DNA of 64,000 bases from Phyllobates terribilis (Eukaryota), in NCBI RefSeq assembly GCF_046119375.1, contig NW_027362767.1, forward strand, positions 416,330,001 through 416,394,000, in the 5' to 3' direction. The translations under genes and the position numbers were made by a program. How positions within the stretch are numbered: the first letter of the stretch is position 1; each line of letters begins with the position of its first letter. The notes under the pieces were generated by a model, which was not told where the DNA came from, searched no databases, and saw only the letters and a program-made list of their open reading frames with translations. Shown here in pieces: positions 20,451 to 32,800 of the stretch.

Positions 20451-22221
20451 AATAATGTCACTACATCACGTGTGCAGGAGGCACGATGATGTCACTACAT
20501 CACGTCTGCAGGAGGCACGATGATGTCACTACATTACGTCTGCAGGAGGCACGATGATGTCACTACATCACGTCTGCAGGAGGCACGATGATGTCACTAC
20601 ATCACGTCTGCAGGCGGCACGATGATGTCACTACATCACGTCTGCAGGAGGCACGATGATGTCACTACATCACGTCTGCAGGCGGCACGATGATGTCACT
20701 ACATCACGTCTGCAGGCGGCACGATGATGTCACTACATCACGTCTGCAGGAGGCACAATGATGTCACTACATCACTTCTGCAGGAGGCACGATGATGTCA
20801 CTACATCACGTCTGTAGGAGGCACGATGATGTCACTACATCATGTCTGCAGGAGGCACGATGATGTCACTGCATCACTTCTGCAGGAGGCACAGTGATGT
20901 CACTACATCACGTCTGCAGGAGGCACAATGATGTCACTACCTCACATCTGCAGGAGGCACGATGATGTCACTACGTCACTTCTGCAGGAGGCACGATGAT
21001 GTCACTACATCACGTCTGCAGGAGGCACGATGATGTCACTACATCACGTCTGCAGGAGGCACGATGATGTCACTACATCACGTCTGCAGGAGGCACGCTG
21101 ATGTCACTACATCACTTCTGCAGGAGGCACAGTGATGTCACTACATCACGTCTGCAGGAGGCACAATGATGTCACTACCTCATGTCTGCAGGAGGCACGA
21201 TGATGTCACTACATCACTTCTGCAGGAGGCACGATGATGTCACTACATCACGTCTGCAGGAGGCACGATGATGTCACTACATCACGTCTGTAGGAGGCAC
21301 GATGATGTCACTACATAACGTCGGCAGGAGGCACGGTGATGTCACTACATCACGTCTGCAGGAGGCACGATGATGTCACTACATCACTTCTGCAGGAGGC
21401 ACGATGATGTCACTACATCACGTCTGTAGGATAACGTCGGCAGGAGGCATGGTGATGTCACTACATCACGTCTGCAGGAGGCACGATAATGTCACTACAT
21501 CACTTCTGCAGGAGGCACGATGATGTCACTACATCACGTCTGCAGGAGGCACGATGATATCACTACATCATGTCTGCAGGAGGCACGATGATGTCACTAC
21601 ATCACGTCTGCAGGAGGCACGATGATGTCACTACATCACTTCTGCAGGAGGCACGATGATGTCACTACATCACGTCTGTAGAAGGCACGATGATGTCACT
21701 ACATCACTTCTGCAGGAGGCACGATGATGTCACTACATCACGTCTGCAGGAGGCACGATGATGTCACTACATCACATCTGCAGGAAGCACGATGTCACTA
21801 CATCACTTCTGCAGGAGGCACGATGATGTCACTACATGACGTCTGCAGGAGGCACGATGATGTCACTACATCACTTCTGCAGGAGGCACGATGATGTCAC
21901 TACATCACGTCTGCAGGAGGCACGATGATGTCACTACATCACGTCTACAGGAGGCACGATGATGTCACTACATCACGTCTGCAGGTGGCACGATGATGTC
22001 ACTACATCACATCTGCCGGAGGCACAATGATGTCACTACATCACGTCTGCAGGAGGCACGATGATGTCACTACATCACGTCTGCAGGAGGCACGATGATG
22101 TCACTACATCACTTCTGCAGGAGGCACGATGATGTCCCTATATCAAGTCTGTAGGAGACACGATGATGTCACTACATCACGTCTGCAGGAGTCACGATGA
22201 TGTCACTACATCACGTCTGCT
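20451..22221. repeat. 34-bp minisatellite (about 52 copies) with an internal hairpin
   Basis: Unit GATGATGTCACTACATCACGTCTGCAGGAGGCAC. TGATGT/ACATCA form an inverted repeat inside each unit. Confidence 0.97.
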
Positions 22222-22607
22222 GCGTCGGGACATAGGGACAGTACGGAATAGAGATCTTTGCTCATTGTAGGGATGGGGTTCGGTGAGATTTTTTTTATTG
22301 TGTTACTTTTCGACTGAAGTGAAGGGGCACCATAGAGGACGGGAAGGGGTTATCATGTTGTGTGGGGAGGCATCACTATGTGAAGGGATATCTTTGCGTA
22401 CAGGTGAATAAGGGTCAGATAGTACTTTCATGCATCCAAAAAGGTGGGTTCCCATAATCAATATCACTGGTGGGCAAAATGACGTAACTAGAGTCAGATG
22501 GGCCCTGGTGCAAAATTTGGACCTGGACCCCCAACTGCATTTGGATAGATGTATGGGCCTTTGTAGCATTCTAAATCCTATAAAGAAATTTGTGTTCGCC
22601 TCCCCAT

Positions 22608-22910
22608 GTGATAATGTCCTCCATCCTGCCCCCTTCCTGTAATAATGTCCCTCATCCTGTGCCCCTTCTTGAAATAATGTCCCTCATCCTGGGCTCCTTC
22701 CTGAATTAATGCCCCCATCCTCTGCCCCTTCCAGTATTAATATCCCTCATGTTGGGGCTCTTCCAGTGATAATGTTCCTCATCTTGTGCCCCTTTCTGAA
22801 ATAATGTCCCCCATCCTGGCCCCTTCCTGTACTAATGTCCCTCATACTGTTCCCCTTCCTAAAATAATGTCCCTTCATCTTGGGCCACTTCCAGTGATAA
22901 TGTCCCCTTT
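22608..22910. repeat. Degenerate ~33-bp tandem repeat
   Basis: Recurring ATAATGTCCCTCATCCTG...CCCCTTC. Confidence 0.75.
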
Positions 22911-23409
22911 GGGCCGGTCGCACCCTCTGTGACTGTGATTATTATGCCCCTGGGTGGGCCATTGTCACCTCAGTCCGGTCAATGCTCTCTGAAGACAGCA
23001 GACCTGTTAAGCTATGTGGTTATATAGAAGAATAGTCTAGGTAGGCTGCAATATAGAAACCTACACCGATCATGAATACAAATTTACCTAAGGTTAAAAA
23101 AATATCAGTTTTGTTACAAGAAAAGTAATAAAAATGTTTCAAACGGTTGGTTATTGTGTAAATGAATCCCACATGTAGTTCAAGGATGAGATGTCTGTTT
23201 ACAAAGTCCAAAATAACTTTCTTCTTAGTTTTGTTTTTCTTCTACTAAATCTTTTTGTTCTTCTCTTTACATTGTTTGTTTTCTTCCATGAAATGTTATG
23301 AGGGCCCCAGTGGAGAAATATGAAAAATGGAGGCATATGCCAGGCACCACCGAAAGGCAATTATGTGTCAAGTCGAGAAAATCTGCACATGCGATAAAAA
23401 CAAGAAAAT

Positions 23410-23645
23410 ACACAGAATTAGAAATAATTTATAGCAACCTACTTTTGGATTGGAGTGAGGAGACAAATGTGCTCCCTTTGGACCTTTACCAATCTCATGT
23501 GTATAGATCTTGCCACTACATAGACGATGTGCTATTATTTGGGACTGGTTCTATGGAAGCTTGTCAGGAGTTTATATCCAGTCTTAATAATCATTTGAAA
23601 ATTTTTCCACAACTTCCCTAGATTTCGTGGATCTCAGGATCACCC
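23410..23645 (+). mobile_element. Penelope-like element reverse transcriptase fragment
   Basis: Translation ...YSNLLLDWSEE...CHYIDDVLLFGTGSMEACQEFISSLNNHLKIF shows a YIDD motif in the context typical of PLE RTs. Confidence 0.7.
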
Positions 23646-24094
23646 ACCAAAATGTTACGCTTTTTACTGGCTTCAATAGTCCCCTCTGGAGACGACTTGA
23701 AGCTGTGATTATCTGATTGCTTGTGCTACACATAGCAGGGCTTGAGCCCTGCTATGTGTAGCAGAAATTATCATCTCCTATGAATGTCGGCCACAGGCAT
23801 ACCAGCCTCTTCTGCAGACCCCAGGCTGTCATGCCAACCCATCAGCGCCCCGCGATCATGTGACAGGGGCGTCGATGGGCGGGGTTTGTGACACGCTTCC
23901 GACTCACGCGATTTAAATGCCGTTGTCAGAGATTGACAGTGGCATTTAACTAGTTAACAGCTGTTAGGGGCACAGAACAGCTGATCAAATCAGCAGCCAT
24001 GTGCTGGAAAAGATGTGGGCTCAGCGGCGGAGCCTGCATCAAAGGGAGGCGACCTATGACGTAGCTATATGTTATAGGTCGTGGAGGGGTTAAA

Positions 24095-24352
24095 ACAGAA
24101 AACAGATAGACTATTCTTTACCAGACAATCCTTTTTTTTTGAGCTTGGCAATAAGACTGGGCATCTGCTATTCCATATAGTTAACCATATTACTGCCTCT
24201 CCTCTGGCCCCTTGGGTTAGTGATCCTGGGGGGAGGGTGGTGACCAATTCTTGTGAGATTCTGTCTGTTTTCTGACTTCTACCAGGACCTGTACTCCACT
24301 CAGGCTGATTACCTGGAGGAGACTTTGCAGGAATATTTGGACGGTATAAGGC
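24095..24352 (+). mobile_element. L1 ORF2 fragment
   Basis: FFELGNKTGHLL and FSDFYQDLYS motifs typical of the L1 ORF2 linker. Confidence 0.6.
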
Positions 24353-24359
24353 TAAGTGC

Positions 24360-24959
24360 CCACGATGGCCCCCGGTCTCCTTCTCCGATGCGTCCGGTGT
24401 CTTGGGCCGCTCGCGGTGGTGTAAAAGGACCTTCCATGACGTCATTTAGTCATGTGACAGGTCCCGTGACCTGTCACATGACTAAATGACGTCATGGAAG
24501 ATCCTTTTACACCATCGCGAGCCACCGGGGAGCTAGGACGCACCAGAGAGAAGACCGCAGGCCATCAGAAGGTGAGTATAATGTTTATTTTTTTATTTTA
24601 AATTCTTTTCTTTTTTAACAGGTTCTACGGTACCCGGGTCTGGATGAGAGTCTCCTCTTCTCCAGACCCAGGTACCATCCGCACATTGAATCGCTTAATA
24701 TCCGCATGTACACATGTAGTCATGCGGATATTATGCCATTCAATGCAAGTCAATGGCGGCAATTACGCCGCATTTCCGCAAAAATAATGGACATGCTGCA
24801 GATTTTTCTGCAATGATAATCCACAGCGGAAATATCCGCAGCATGTGCACAGCACATGAGGATTATCATTGGGCACCATGGGGCACGTGCTACCAAGCGT
24901 TTTCGCTGCGGAAATTCCGCGGCAAAAACACTTGAAAAATGCATAGTGGGCACGCAGCC
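24360..24959. mobile_element. Partial copy of the Harbinger-like MITE family also seen at 45460-46797
   Basis: Shares GACGTCATTTAGTCATGTGACAGG and GGTACCCGGGTC blocks and the right terminus TGGGCACGCAGCC|TAA. Confidence 0.65.
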
Positions 24960-25136
24960 TAAATCTCACGATCCTCGGAGAGGAGAGTGCCGCAGTCCTT
25001 GAGACTAATATTACTGCAGAAGAGATAATGGAAGCGGCCAGAGGAATGGCGCGAGGGAAGTTTCCGGGACAGAGATGAACTCCCTCTGAAAGTCTAAGAT
25101 ATTTAGACCAACTGGCCCCTCATCTTCTTTAAGTTT

Positions 25137-26382
25137 AGGTGCATCTCACAAAATTAGAATATCATCAAAAAGTTAATTTATTTCAGTTCTTCAATACAAA
25201 AAGTGAAACTCCTATATTATATAGCGTCATTACACACAGAGTGATCTATTATATAGAGTCATTACAAACAGAGTGATCTATTTCAAGTGTTTATTTCTGT
25301 TAATGTTGATGATTATGGCTTACAGCCAATGAAAACACAAAAGTCATTATCTCAGTAAATTAGAATACTTTATAACAACAGCTTGAAAAATGATTTTAAA
25401 ATCCTAAATGTTGTCCTACTGAAATGTTCAGTAAATGCCCTCAATACTTGGTCGGCTCCTTTTGCATCAATTACTGCATCAATGTGGCATGGAGGGATCA
25501 GCCTGTGGCACTGCTGAGGTGTTATGGAAGCCCAGGTGGCTTTGATAGCAGCCTTCAGCTCGTCTGCATTGTTGGGTCTGGGGTCTCTCATCTTCCTCTT
25601 GACAATACCCCATAGATTCTCTATAATAGATTCTCTATGGGGTTAAGGTCAGGCGAGTTTGCTGCCAATCAAGCACAGTGATACTGTTGTGTGTAAACCA
25701 GGTATTGGTACTTTTGGCCTTGTGGACAGGGGCCAAGTCCTGCTGGAGAATGACATCTCCATCCCCAAAAGACAAGGAATGTGACACTTGTAGCCCATGT
25801 CCTGGATACATCTGTGTGTGGTGGCTCTTGAAGCAATGACTCCAGCAGCAGTCCACTCCTTGTGAATCTCCCCCAATTGTTTTAATGGCCTTTTCTTAAC
25901 AATCCTTACAAGGCTGCAGTTATCCCGGTTGCTTGTGCACCTTTTTCTACCACACTTTTTCCTTCCACTCAACTTTCCATTAATATGCTTGGATACAGCA
26001 CCCTGTGAACAGCCAGCTTCTTTAGCAATGTCCTTTTGTGGCTTACCCTCCTTGTGGAGTGTGTCAGTGACTGCCTTCTGGACATCTGTCAAGTCAGCAG
26101 TCTTCCCCATGATTGTGGAGCCTACTGAAACAGACAAAGGGACCTTTTTAAATGCGTAGGAAGCCTTTGCAGGTGTTTTTTAATTATTCTAATTTACTGA
26201 GATAATGACTTTTATGTTTTCATTGGCTGTAAGCCATAATCATCAACATTAACAGAAATAAACACTTGAAATAGATCACTCTGTTTGTAATGACTCGATA
26301 TAATATGAGTTTCACTTTTTGTGTTGAAGAACTGAAATAAATGAACTTTTTGATGATATCCTAATTTTGTGAGAAGCACCTG
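25137..26382 (-). mobile_element. Tc1 transposon, internally deleted
   Basis: TIRs AGGTGCATCTCACAAAATTAGAATATCATCAAAAAG...CTTTTTGATGATATCCTAATTTTGTGAGAAGCACCTG|TA. Transposase pieces: MGKTADLTDVQKAVTDTLHKEGK, LQQDLAPVH. Confidence 0.9.
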
Positions 26383-26477
26383 TATATCCAGGGTGTTTTT
26401 GTTTCCTTCGATCAATGTCAACAGCTCTAAGCCCCCAGCCAAGCTTTAAGTATCTGCAATGAAGGCAGGCCCTAAAT

Positions 26478-26657
26478 CAGAGTTCCCCAACTCCAGTCCT
26501 CAAGAGCCACCAACAGGTTTCAGTAATTCCTTAGTATTGCCCAGGTGATAATGGCATCACCTGCACAGGCAGTAAGTCCATCCCCTGTGCAATACTAAGG
26601 AAATCCTGAAAACATGACTTGTTGGTGGCTCTTGAAGACTGGAGTTTGGAAACACTG
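26478..26657. mobile_element. hAT-type MITE (180 bp)
   Basis: TIRs CAGAGTTCCCCAACTCCAGTC / GACTGGAGTTTGGAAACACTG with an exact 8-bp TSD CCCTAAAT (26470-26477, 26658-26665). Confidence 0.88.
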
Positions 26658-26669
26658 CCCTAAATACCC

Positions 26670-27585
26670 AGTTCCCAGACATTGGAAATTCTCTCATATC
26701 CTCATACCCTGATTGGGATTCTAAGGGGCTAAAGACCCAAGGGGTTCATCGCCTTTTTATACACCCGGTTACTAAGCAGGAGATGCTCCTCATCACCATT
26801 GTTGGTTGAGGCCAAACTGAGGACAGCAATACCCTTCCTATCAGAGGAGGACTGGAGCGAAGCCTTGACCTTCCCACAATATTTTTCACCGGCAATTAAT
26901 AACAAGCGAGTCCAAATGTATATAGTCCATCGATGATACCTCACACCTTACAGGTTATATAAAATGAGTAGATCTACCACCAAACACTGCCATAGGTGTG
27001 GGGAAGAAGTGGCAGATTTTATACACACGATGTGGTGTTGCCGTCCTATTGCAGACTTTTGGAAAGAGGTCATAGCTATCCTCATCGAGATCATACAATC
27101 CCCTGTACCGCTCTGCCCTAAGGTGGGTTTATTAGGAATCCTTGAAGGAAATCTGGCCTCACCATCTTCACACTCTTCTCAGGGAAACATTGTTTTTGGC
27201 ATGCAAGGTGACCTTCATGACCTGGATGGATAGAAACCCCCCGAGAATTTCACACTGGGTCAATATGATACTGCAGCTTCCTATGAGAGGGAGGTATATA
27301 AAAATAGACATTGTCCTCAAAAATGTGATAAGGTATGGAAGCCTTGGTTTGATTCTCCTTTGACTCAATTAGTCCCCAGGTGATGAGGAGTATCCTCTCA
27401 TGATGAAAGTATGTGATATTTGGTGCTTGACATTGGCATCTTATGGTTTAGGTCAAGATATCTACCCATAGTATGTTAAGGGAAAGGTTTGCCAGATAGT
27501 ATTAATGAGCAATGAGAAAAGCTCTTTGTTCTATGATTTAACCTTGTTATGTTGTATAATCTTCAATAAAAAAAAGTTTAAAATA
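26670..27585 (+). mobile_element. L1-type LINE 3' fragment
   Basis: HRWYLTPYRL and CHRCGEEVADFIHTMWCC (ORF2 C-terminal Cys/His motif), followed by AATAAA and an A-rich tail near 27566. Confidence 0.82.
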
Positions 27586-28712
27586 AAGTTTTCTGTTGTC
27601 GTCTTATTAAAGAGTCATAACTTTTTTTTTTTTTAAACTTTACTATGATCGGAGCTGTGTGAGGGATTATCTTACTTTTTTTTTTTTTCTAGATGACTTC
27701 TTCCATCTTGTTGGGAAAAGAGGTGATAATTCTGTCATATTTCATTACTGAATTCACCATGAGGGGATAAATAATGAGATATTTTAATAGTTGTTACAGA
27801 CATGGTGATACCATTCTTGTCTGGGTTTAAGCATGATTGGTAGATGGCAGATCTACGGGTTTTTATTAGGTTCCTTTCTGCCGCGACAAAGGAAGTTCGA
27901 TATTGACAGCAGCACCTAAGGAATTAAATGGCCAGGACCCCCGACCTTGCTCGTTGCATCAGGTGTACGTTACATCAGGTGTACGTTACAGTCGGCTCTT
28001 GAAACATTCGCTATAAATATGCGGCAGATATTGGGAAGGGCTTTAAAAAAAAAAGCCAAATCCAGATCTTCTGATTAATCAATGCGAGGAGCTCATATTT
28101 GTTCTGGATATCAGTGGCGTTCAGAAATTATGGATTTCACCAATGTAGTCGTCTGATGATGAAATGATCCGGGACAGATTCACACACGTTCTGTTCAGGG
28201 ATAAGTTATCAGAGAGGTTTCATTTCTTAAGTCTTCATTGTTTACTCTTCTGGTGTCTTTGCCATTATCCTTTTTTTCTATAGTCTCCTGAATAAACGTT
28301 GTCCTGCTGAGCAGGTGGATACGAGCAGAGCTCACGCTGCCCAAGTGATGCCATGCTAAGGCATAATGGGAATGATAGCAGAGCTAAAAGGAAGTTTAAG
28401 ATGATGCGTTATAAGAAGTGGAAAGGAAAAAAAAATAAAAAATTCTCGTGAGGATGGAAAATTGAGTTTCTACCTTTGGTCTTCCAATAGGAAAATATTA
28501 CAGAAGATTGAATGATAGCAGAGCACGAAGAAGAGGAAGCAGAGCAACATCTGAAATTCGAGATGATGTCTGATGATGAAAAGTTGAGTTTTTGCCTTTG
28601 GTCTTCCAATAGACAAATACTACAGAAGATCCATTGTGTTTTTTTTGTCATTTTGTGAATCTGTAATTTCAGAAATCTGTTCCCATCCGATTCAATCCAC
28701 CTTCTCATTAGG

Positions 28713-28718
28713 TTTATT
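28713..28718 (-). terminator. Probable PPP1R10 polyadenylation signal (AATAAA)
   Basis: Plus-strand TTTATT (AATAAA on minus) about 1.15 kb downstream of the stop codon, after an AU-rich 3' UTR. Coordinates are accurate to a few nt. Confidence 0.5.
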
Positions 28719-29872
28719 TATCATTTACAAAGTATACAAAAAGGAAAAAAAAAAAAAAAGAAAACCATGGAGTCCGGGGGGCTCCCACTAGGCGCCCGTA
28801 AAAAGCAAGTAAACATTTAAAAAGAAATACAATATATTCTTGGACAGTTTTCACAGAAAACAAGTTTACAGGATAGGACTCGGAGCCGGCTCCCATCCTG
28901 TGAGGTCGGTGGGTATAAAAGGTCAGAGCTTGTCCTGTTAATACTGTATTTAAATATATAAGTTGTGGAGGGGAAGAAGGGTTAATGATGAAGACCGTAT
29001 TGAAGTGGTATTGGAAAGGCGAAACGCTGGTTGTATACAGATTGTCGGGGGATGAACTCCTCGTGTGTAGGCCCCGACGGTATAAACACTCAGCATTATT
29101 AGTATATAGATACCTGGTCCATCACACAGAGCAGCATGGTCACTATATACATGGTGCAGATGCTCAGCATCAGTACAATTTGACATTATACATATTATTT
29201 ATAAAAAAAAAAAATATATAGTGGTCAAAAAATATTCAGTGGTTTCCAATGCCAGGAAAGGAGTCCATAATGATACAAGTCTTTAGTGTAGAGTTCAGTC
29301 ATTGTAATACTCGTTCTTGGAAGGTCCGTCCTGGAGAAAGACGCAGAGCTGAAGACAACACTGAGTTGCGTAGAACTTCTTTAGTGTTTACTGTAAAAAA
29401 AATTATATACCGACACGGTCGCTGAGAATTGGAAAAAAATGTAAGGGGGAAAGTAATAAGGGAGAGAGGAGAACAAAAAAAAGAATCTGGGAGGTCAGTT
29501 CTCCGTCACATTTGATTTCTTTCCTTGTGCAGTGGCATCTCCCAACCCCCACCCCATACACACCCCAATATTGTCCATCCAAAGCCTAAGAGGAAGGAAG
29601 ATTTCCATCCATTGCAATCTGCAGTCAATGGAATAGGCAGCACTCGCCAATAACCCAGTGCTTTAGATTAGGCGCTTTGTTACAAAGTTATTCAAGTAGA
29701 GGCGTAGAAGGGCAGGAATGATCTGCTCCGTCCTCAGGTCTAGTCTTAGTGAGAGAGAGGTTCAGGGGCCTCACAGAAGCCATAATTAATAGAAAATCCA
29801 ACAAGAATTCTTAGGTCACTTGTTCACTTTCTTTCAGGAAAACACTGATTATAAAAGGTCGTTGGAGGCTGA

Positions 29873-32800
29873 CTAGAGAGGGGGGCCGTTGATGCCTGGA
29901 TGGTAGAAGGCACAGCCGTTTTCATACCGGCAATTGCCTTTCAACATGAAGTGTCGGCAGACAGGGCGAAGAGACATATCTGGAAACAGAAGAGAAATAA
30001 AGTTTTAAAAAGTTATTAAAAGGGATATGCCCACCATAGTACATATGCCATACATGTCCGAAAGGCACACATCCTACCTCTGGGACCCACACCTATCTCC
30101 AGGACGGGGGGCCCTCAATTGCCTCCTGCCCAGAGAAGCAGCTACTGACTGCTGCATTGAGTTAGATAATAAATGGAGAGGTATCAGCAGTGCTCTCTGT
30201 AGTTCTATAGGAGTCATGGAAACAGTGACCATGGGTGAGTGGCACCTCTCCATTCATTGTGTGCTGAAGATGGGGATAGGCTCACCCCCAGAGGTAGGAC
30301 AACAGAAGTCAGTGATGGGTAGTTTAATTTCAGGGAGAACAAAATAACATTAGTGGTTGCTATTCTTACCTCCACCATGTCCATGACCTCTGTGTTCTCC
30401 ACTGTGCCCTCGGTGCTCGCTGTGACCTCTGTGTTCTCCGCTGTGACCCCGGTGTTCACTGTGACCTCGGTGGTCTACACCGTAACCTCTATGCTCTATT
30501 CCATGGGGACCGTCCCTCCCTCTACCGGGAGGGCCTCTCTCACCTCCTCTTCCACCTCTCCCTCGGTAGGGGGGCTCACCTCCTCTGCTGCCCCTATTTC
30601 TGTGGAATGGAGGTGGGGGAGGAGGAGGAGGAAGACCTCTGTCTCCTCCTCTCATTCTACCTCTCCCTCCCAAGCCTTCATGATGCTCGCCTCTCAAGTC
30701 ATTAGGTGGAGGTTCCCAGTAACCGTCACGGGGAGGAGGTGGTCCCAGCATCCGTGGTGGACAGCCAGGAGGTCCGTGTGGCCCTATAAGACAAAATTAC
30801 ATTTTTTTTTTTTTTTTTTTTAAATTAGCGGGAAGCAAAGGCCAGCATGAAGCTGAGCCTGGCTCCATGATTACCGCTTGGCATAATTTCCAGCATTTCA
30901 GAGAAAATATGCCATAGTTTGAAGATTTGGCAGGGACCATAGTCAGAGACCAGACTAGTCCGGCACCGCTTCAAAGCGCTGCTGCAGATGATTAATAGGT
31001 CTCTTTCATAACAAGAGACCTGTCCATCACCAGCATTGGCTCCAGACGGGTCTCGTCTTTCGCTATCATCCCCAGCAAGATCTATAGGGCACTGAAGTGT
31101 TTCAGAGTAAATTATACCAGACTGCGATTCATGCTGTTCGTAGTTTGGGTTCCCTTAAAGTCAGAGGCATCAATATGAACCACTAGGCTGATTATATTAA
31201 TCCTGAGTTGGACGTGTAGGCGTTTTAGATCTGAGATTGGAAAGGATTCTCTCAATAATCAGAAATAAATACTCCAATAAAGGGGAAAAAAAACATTGAT
31301 GGCTCCAGATATAATTTACAGGGGAGGAAAAAAAATAAATAAAAACAAACTAAAACATACCTGGGAATGGTCCACCAGGAGGTGGAAAGTGCGGAGGCGG
31401 TGGTGGTAACTGGGGATTTTTCGGTGCTGGGGGTGGGAAGCCATTGTTGGGTGGCAGTAGTCCTGCCATTCCTGGTCCGGCTATAAGAATAGAAATAACA
31501 GATTATTAGTCTTATTACATTTACATACAGTATATTTACACTGCACAATTACCCCCCATGTAAAGACTATTGGAGACAAGGATGGATTATAAAATACAAG
31601 AGGTCCAATAATTCTTCAGACGCTCCCGTTATGCCTGTTATGAGCGGTCTTTCCCTTTTTGGATTCATTCTGCGCCTTGCAGCCGTAATGACGACCTTTC
31701 GTTTGTTTCCTCCTTAGTACCAATCGGGGCTTGCATGTACAGAAGAGGCCCCCGGAAGAAGCAAGCGGGCGAAACGCGCGTCGGGGTGAAGGAGGGACAG
31801 CGTCCTGCTCTTACTTTAGGTACGTGGTACCATGGTTTATTTCCTGATATCAAATGGATCAGGTATTTGGCTCATCTCATGTGAATGATTATCTTTGTTT
31901 CCCGTTTGACTTTCGCTTATTAAATTGGTCTAGGTAAAGGGTTTTGTTCCCCTCATTGATTCATGTCTACTATATCAAGCTATAAATATATAGCATATTA
32001 CAAATGGTTTACAGAGATTTATTGTAAGGAGGTCTTAAATATTATAGTAACATTATACTAAGATAGTCGTTTTTTGAGCCTATTGTATACTATATTGTTG
32101 TGCAGGAGTCTGTCCCCCCCCTTACTGGGCACTCTGCTTTTTTAACTCTATGTTATGTCGTTGTTATGATTTTAATTTATTGATGTAATAAAATGTATTT
32201 TTAATTACTATAATGGATCTCTTTGTTTTTCTGCACTATAATTCAGTGTAGATGTGGTGATTTATGGATTTGTCTGAAGAGCCATTCGTTACACATATGT
32301 ATCCAATCATTTGATGTTTATGTACAGAAGAGGGCAGACATATTGATCCGATGCAGCTTGCTGACACTTACATGGTCCTGGTGGCGACTGGGTCTGATTC
32401 TGCGTCTGACTTTGAAGTGAGCCAAGAAGTAGTTTTATCTTATCGGAGAAATCTGGCTGTTTCATCAGATCTTCTGTGTTAGCATTACCTTGGGCGGTCT
32501 GAAATAAAAGTCATCGAAAAATTACTAATGTGCTAAAATTCATTAGCAGAAAGAGTATTAACGACTGACATGTTCTCTTACCATTATGGAAGTCAGGATC
32601 TCCTGCATAGCATCTGGTAAGGGACTGGTTTGGGCCTTTGTGTTACCCATGCTACCCATTAAGTTAGCGAGTACAGGAGGCAATTTAGCCCCACCAGTCA
32701 AATCGGGTGATTGAGAAGCTAAGCTCTGATCCATAGGCTCAATATATGACCCGTCGTCCATGGAACAATCCTGGAAAAGAATCAAAAATTGGATTAGTTT

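Noticed and set aside
20451-22221. CRISPR-like array
   Set aside because: Repeats are contiguous with no unique spacers, there are no cas genes, and the DNA is eukaryotic.
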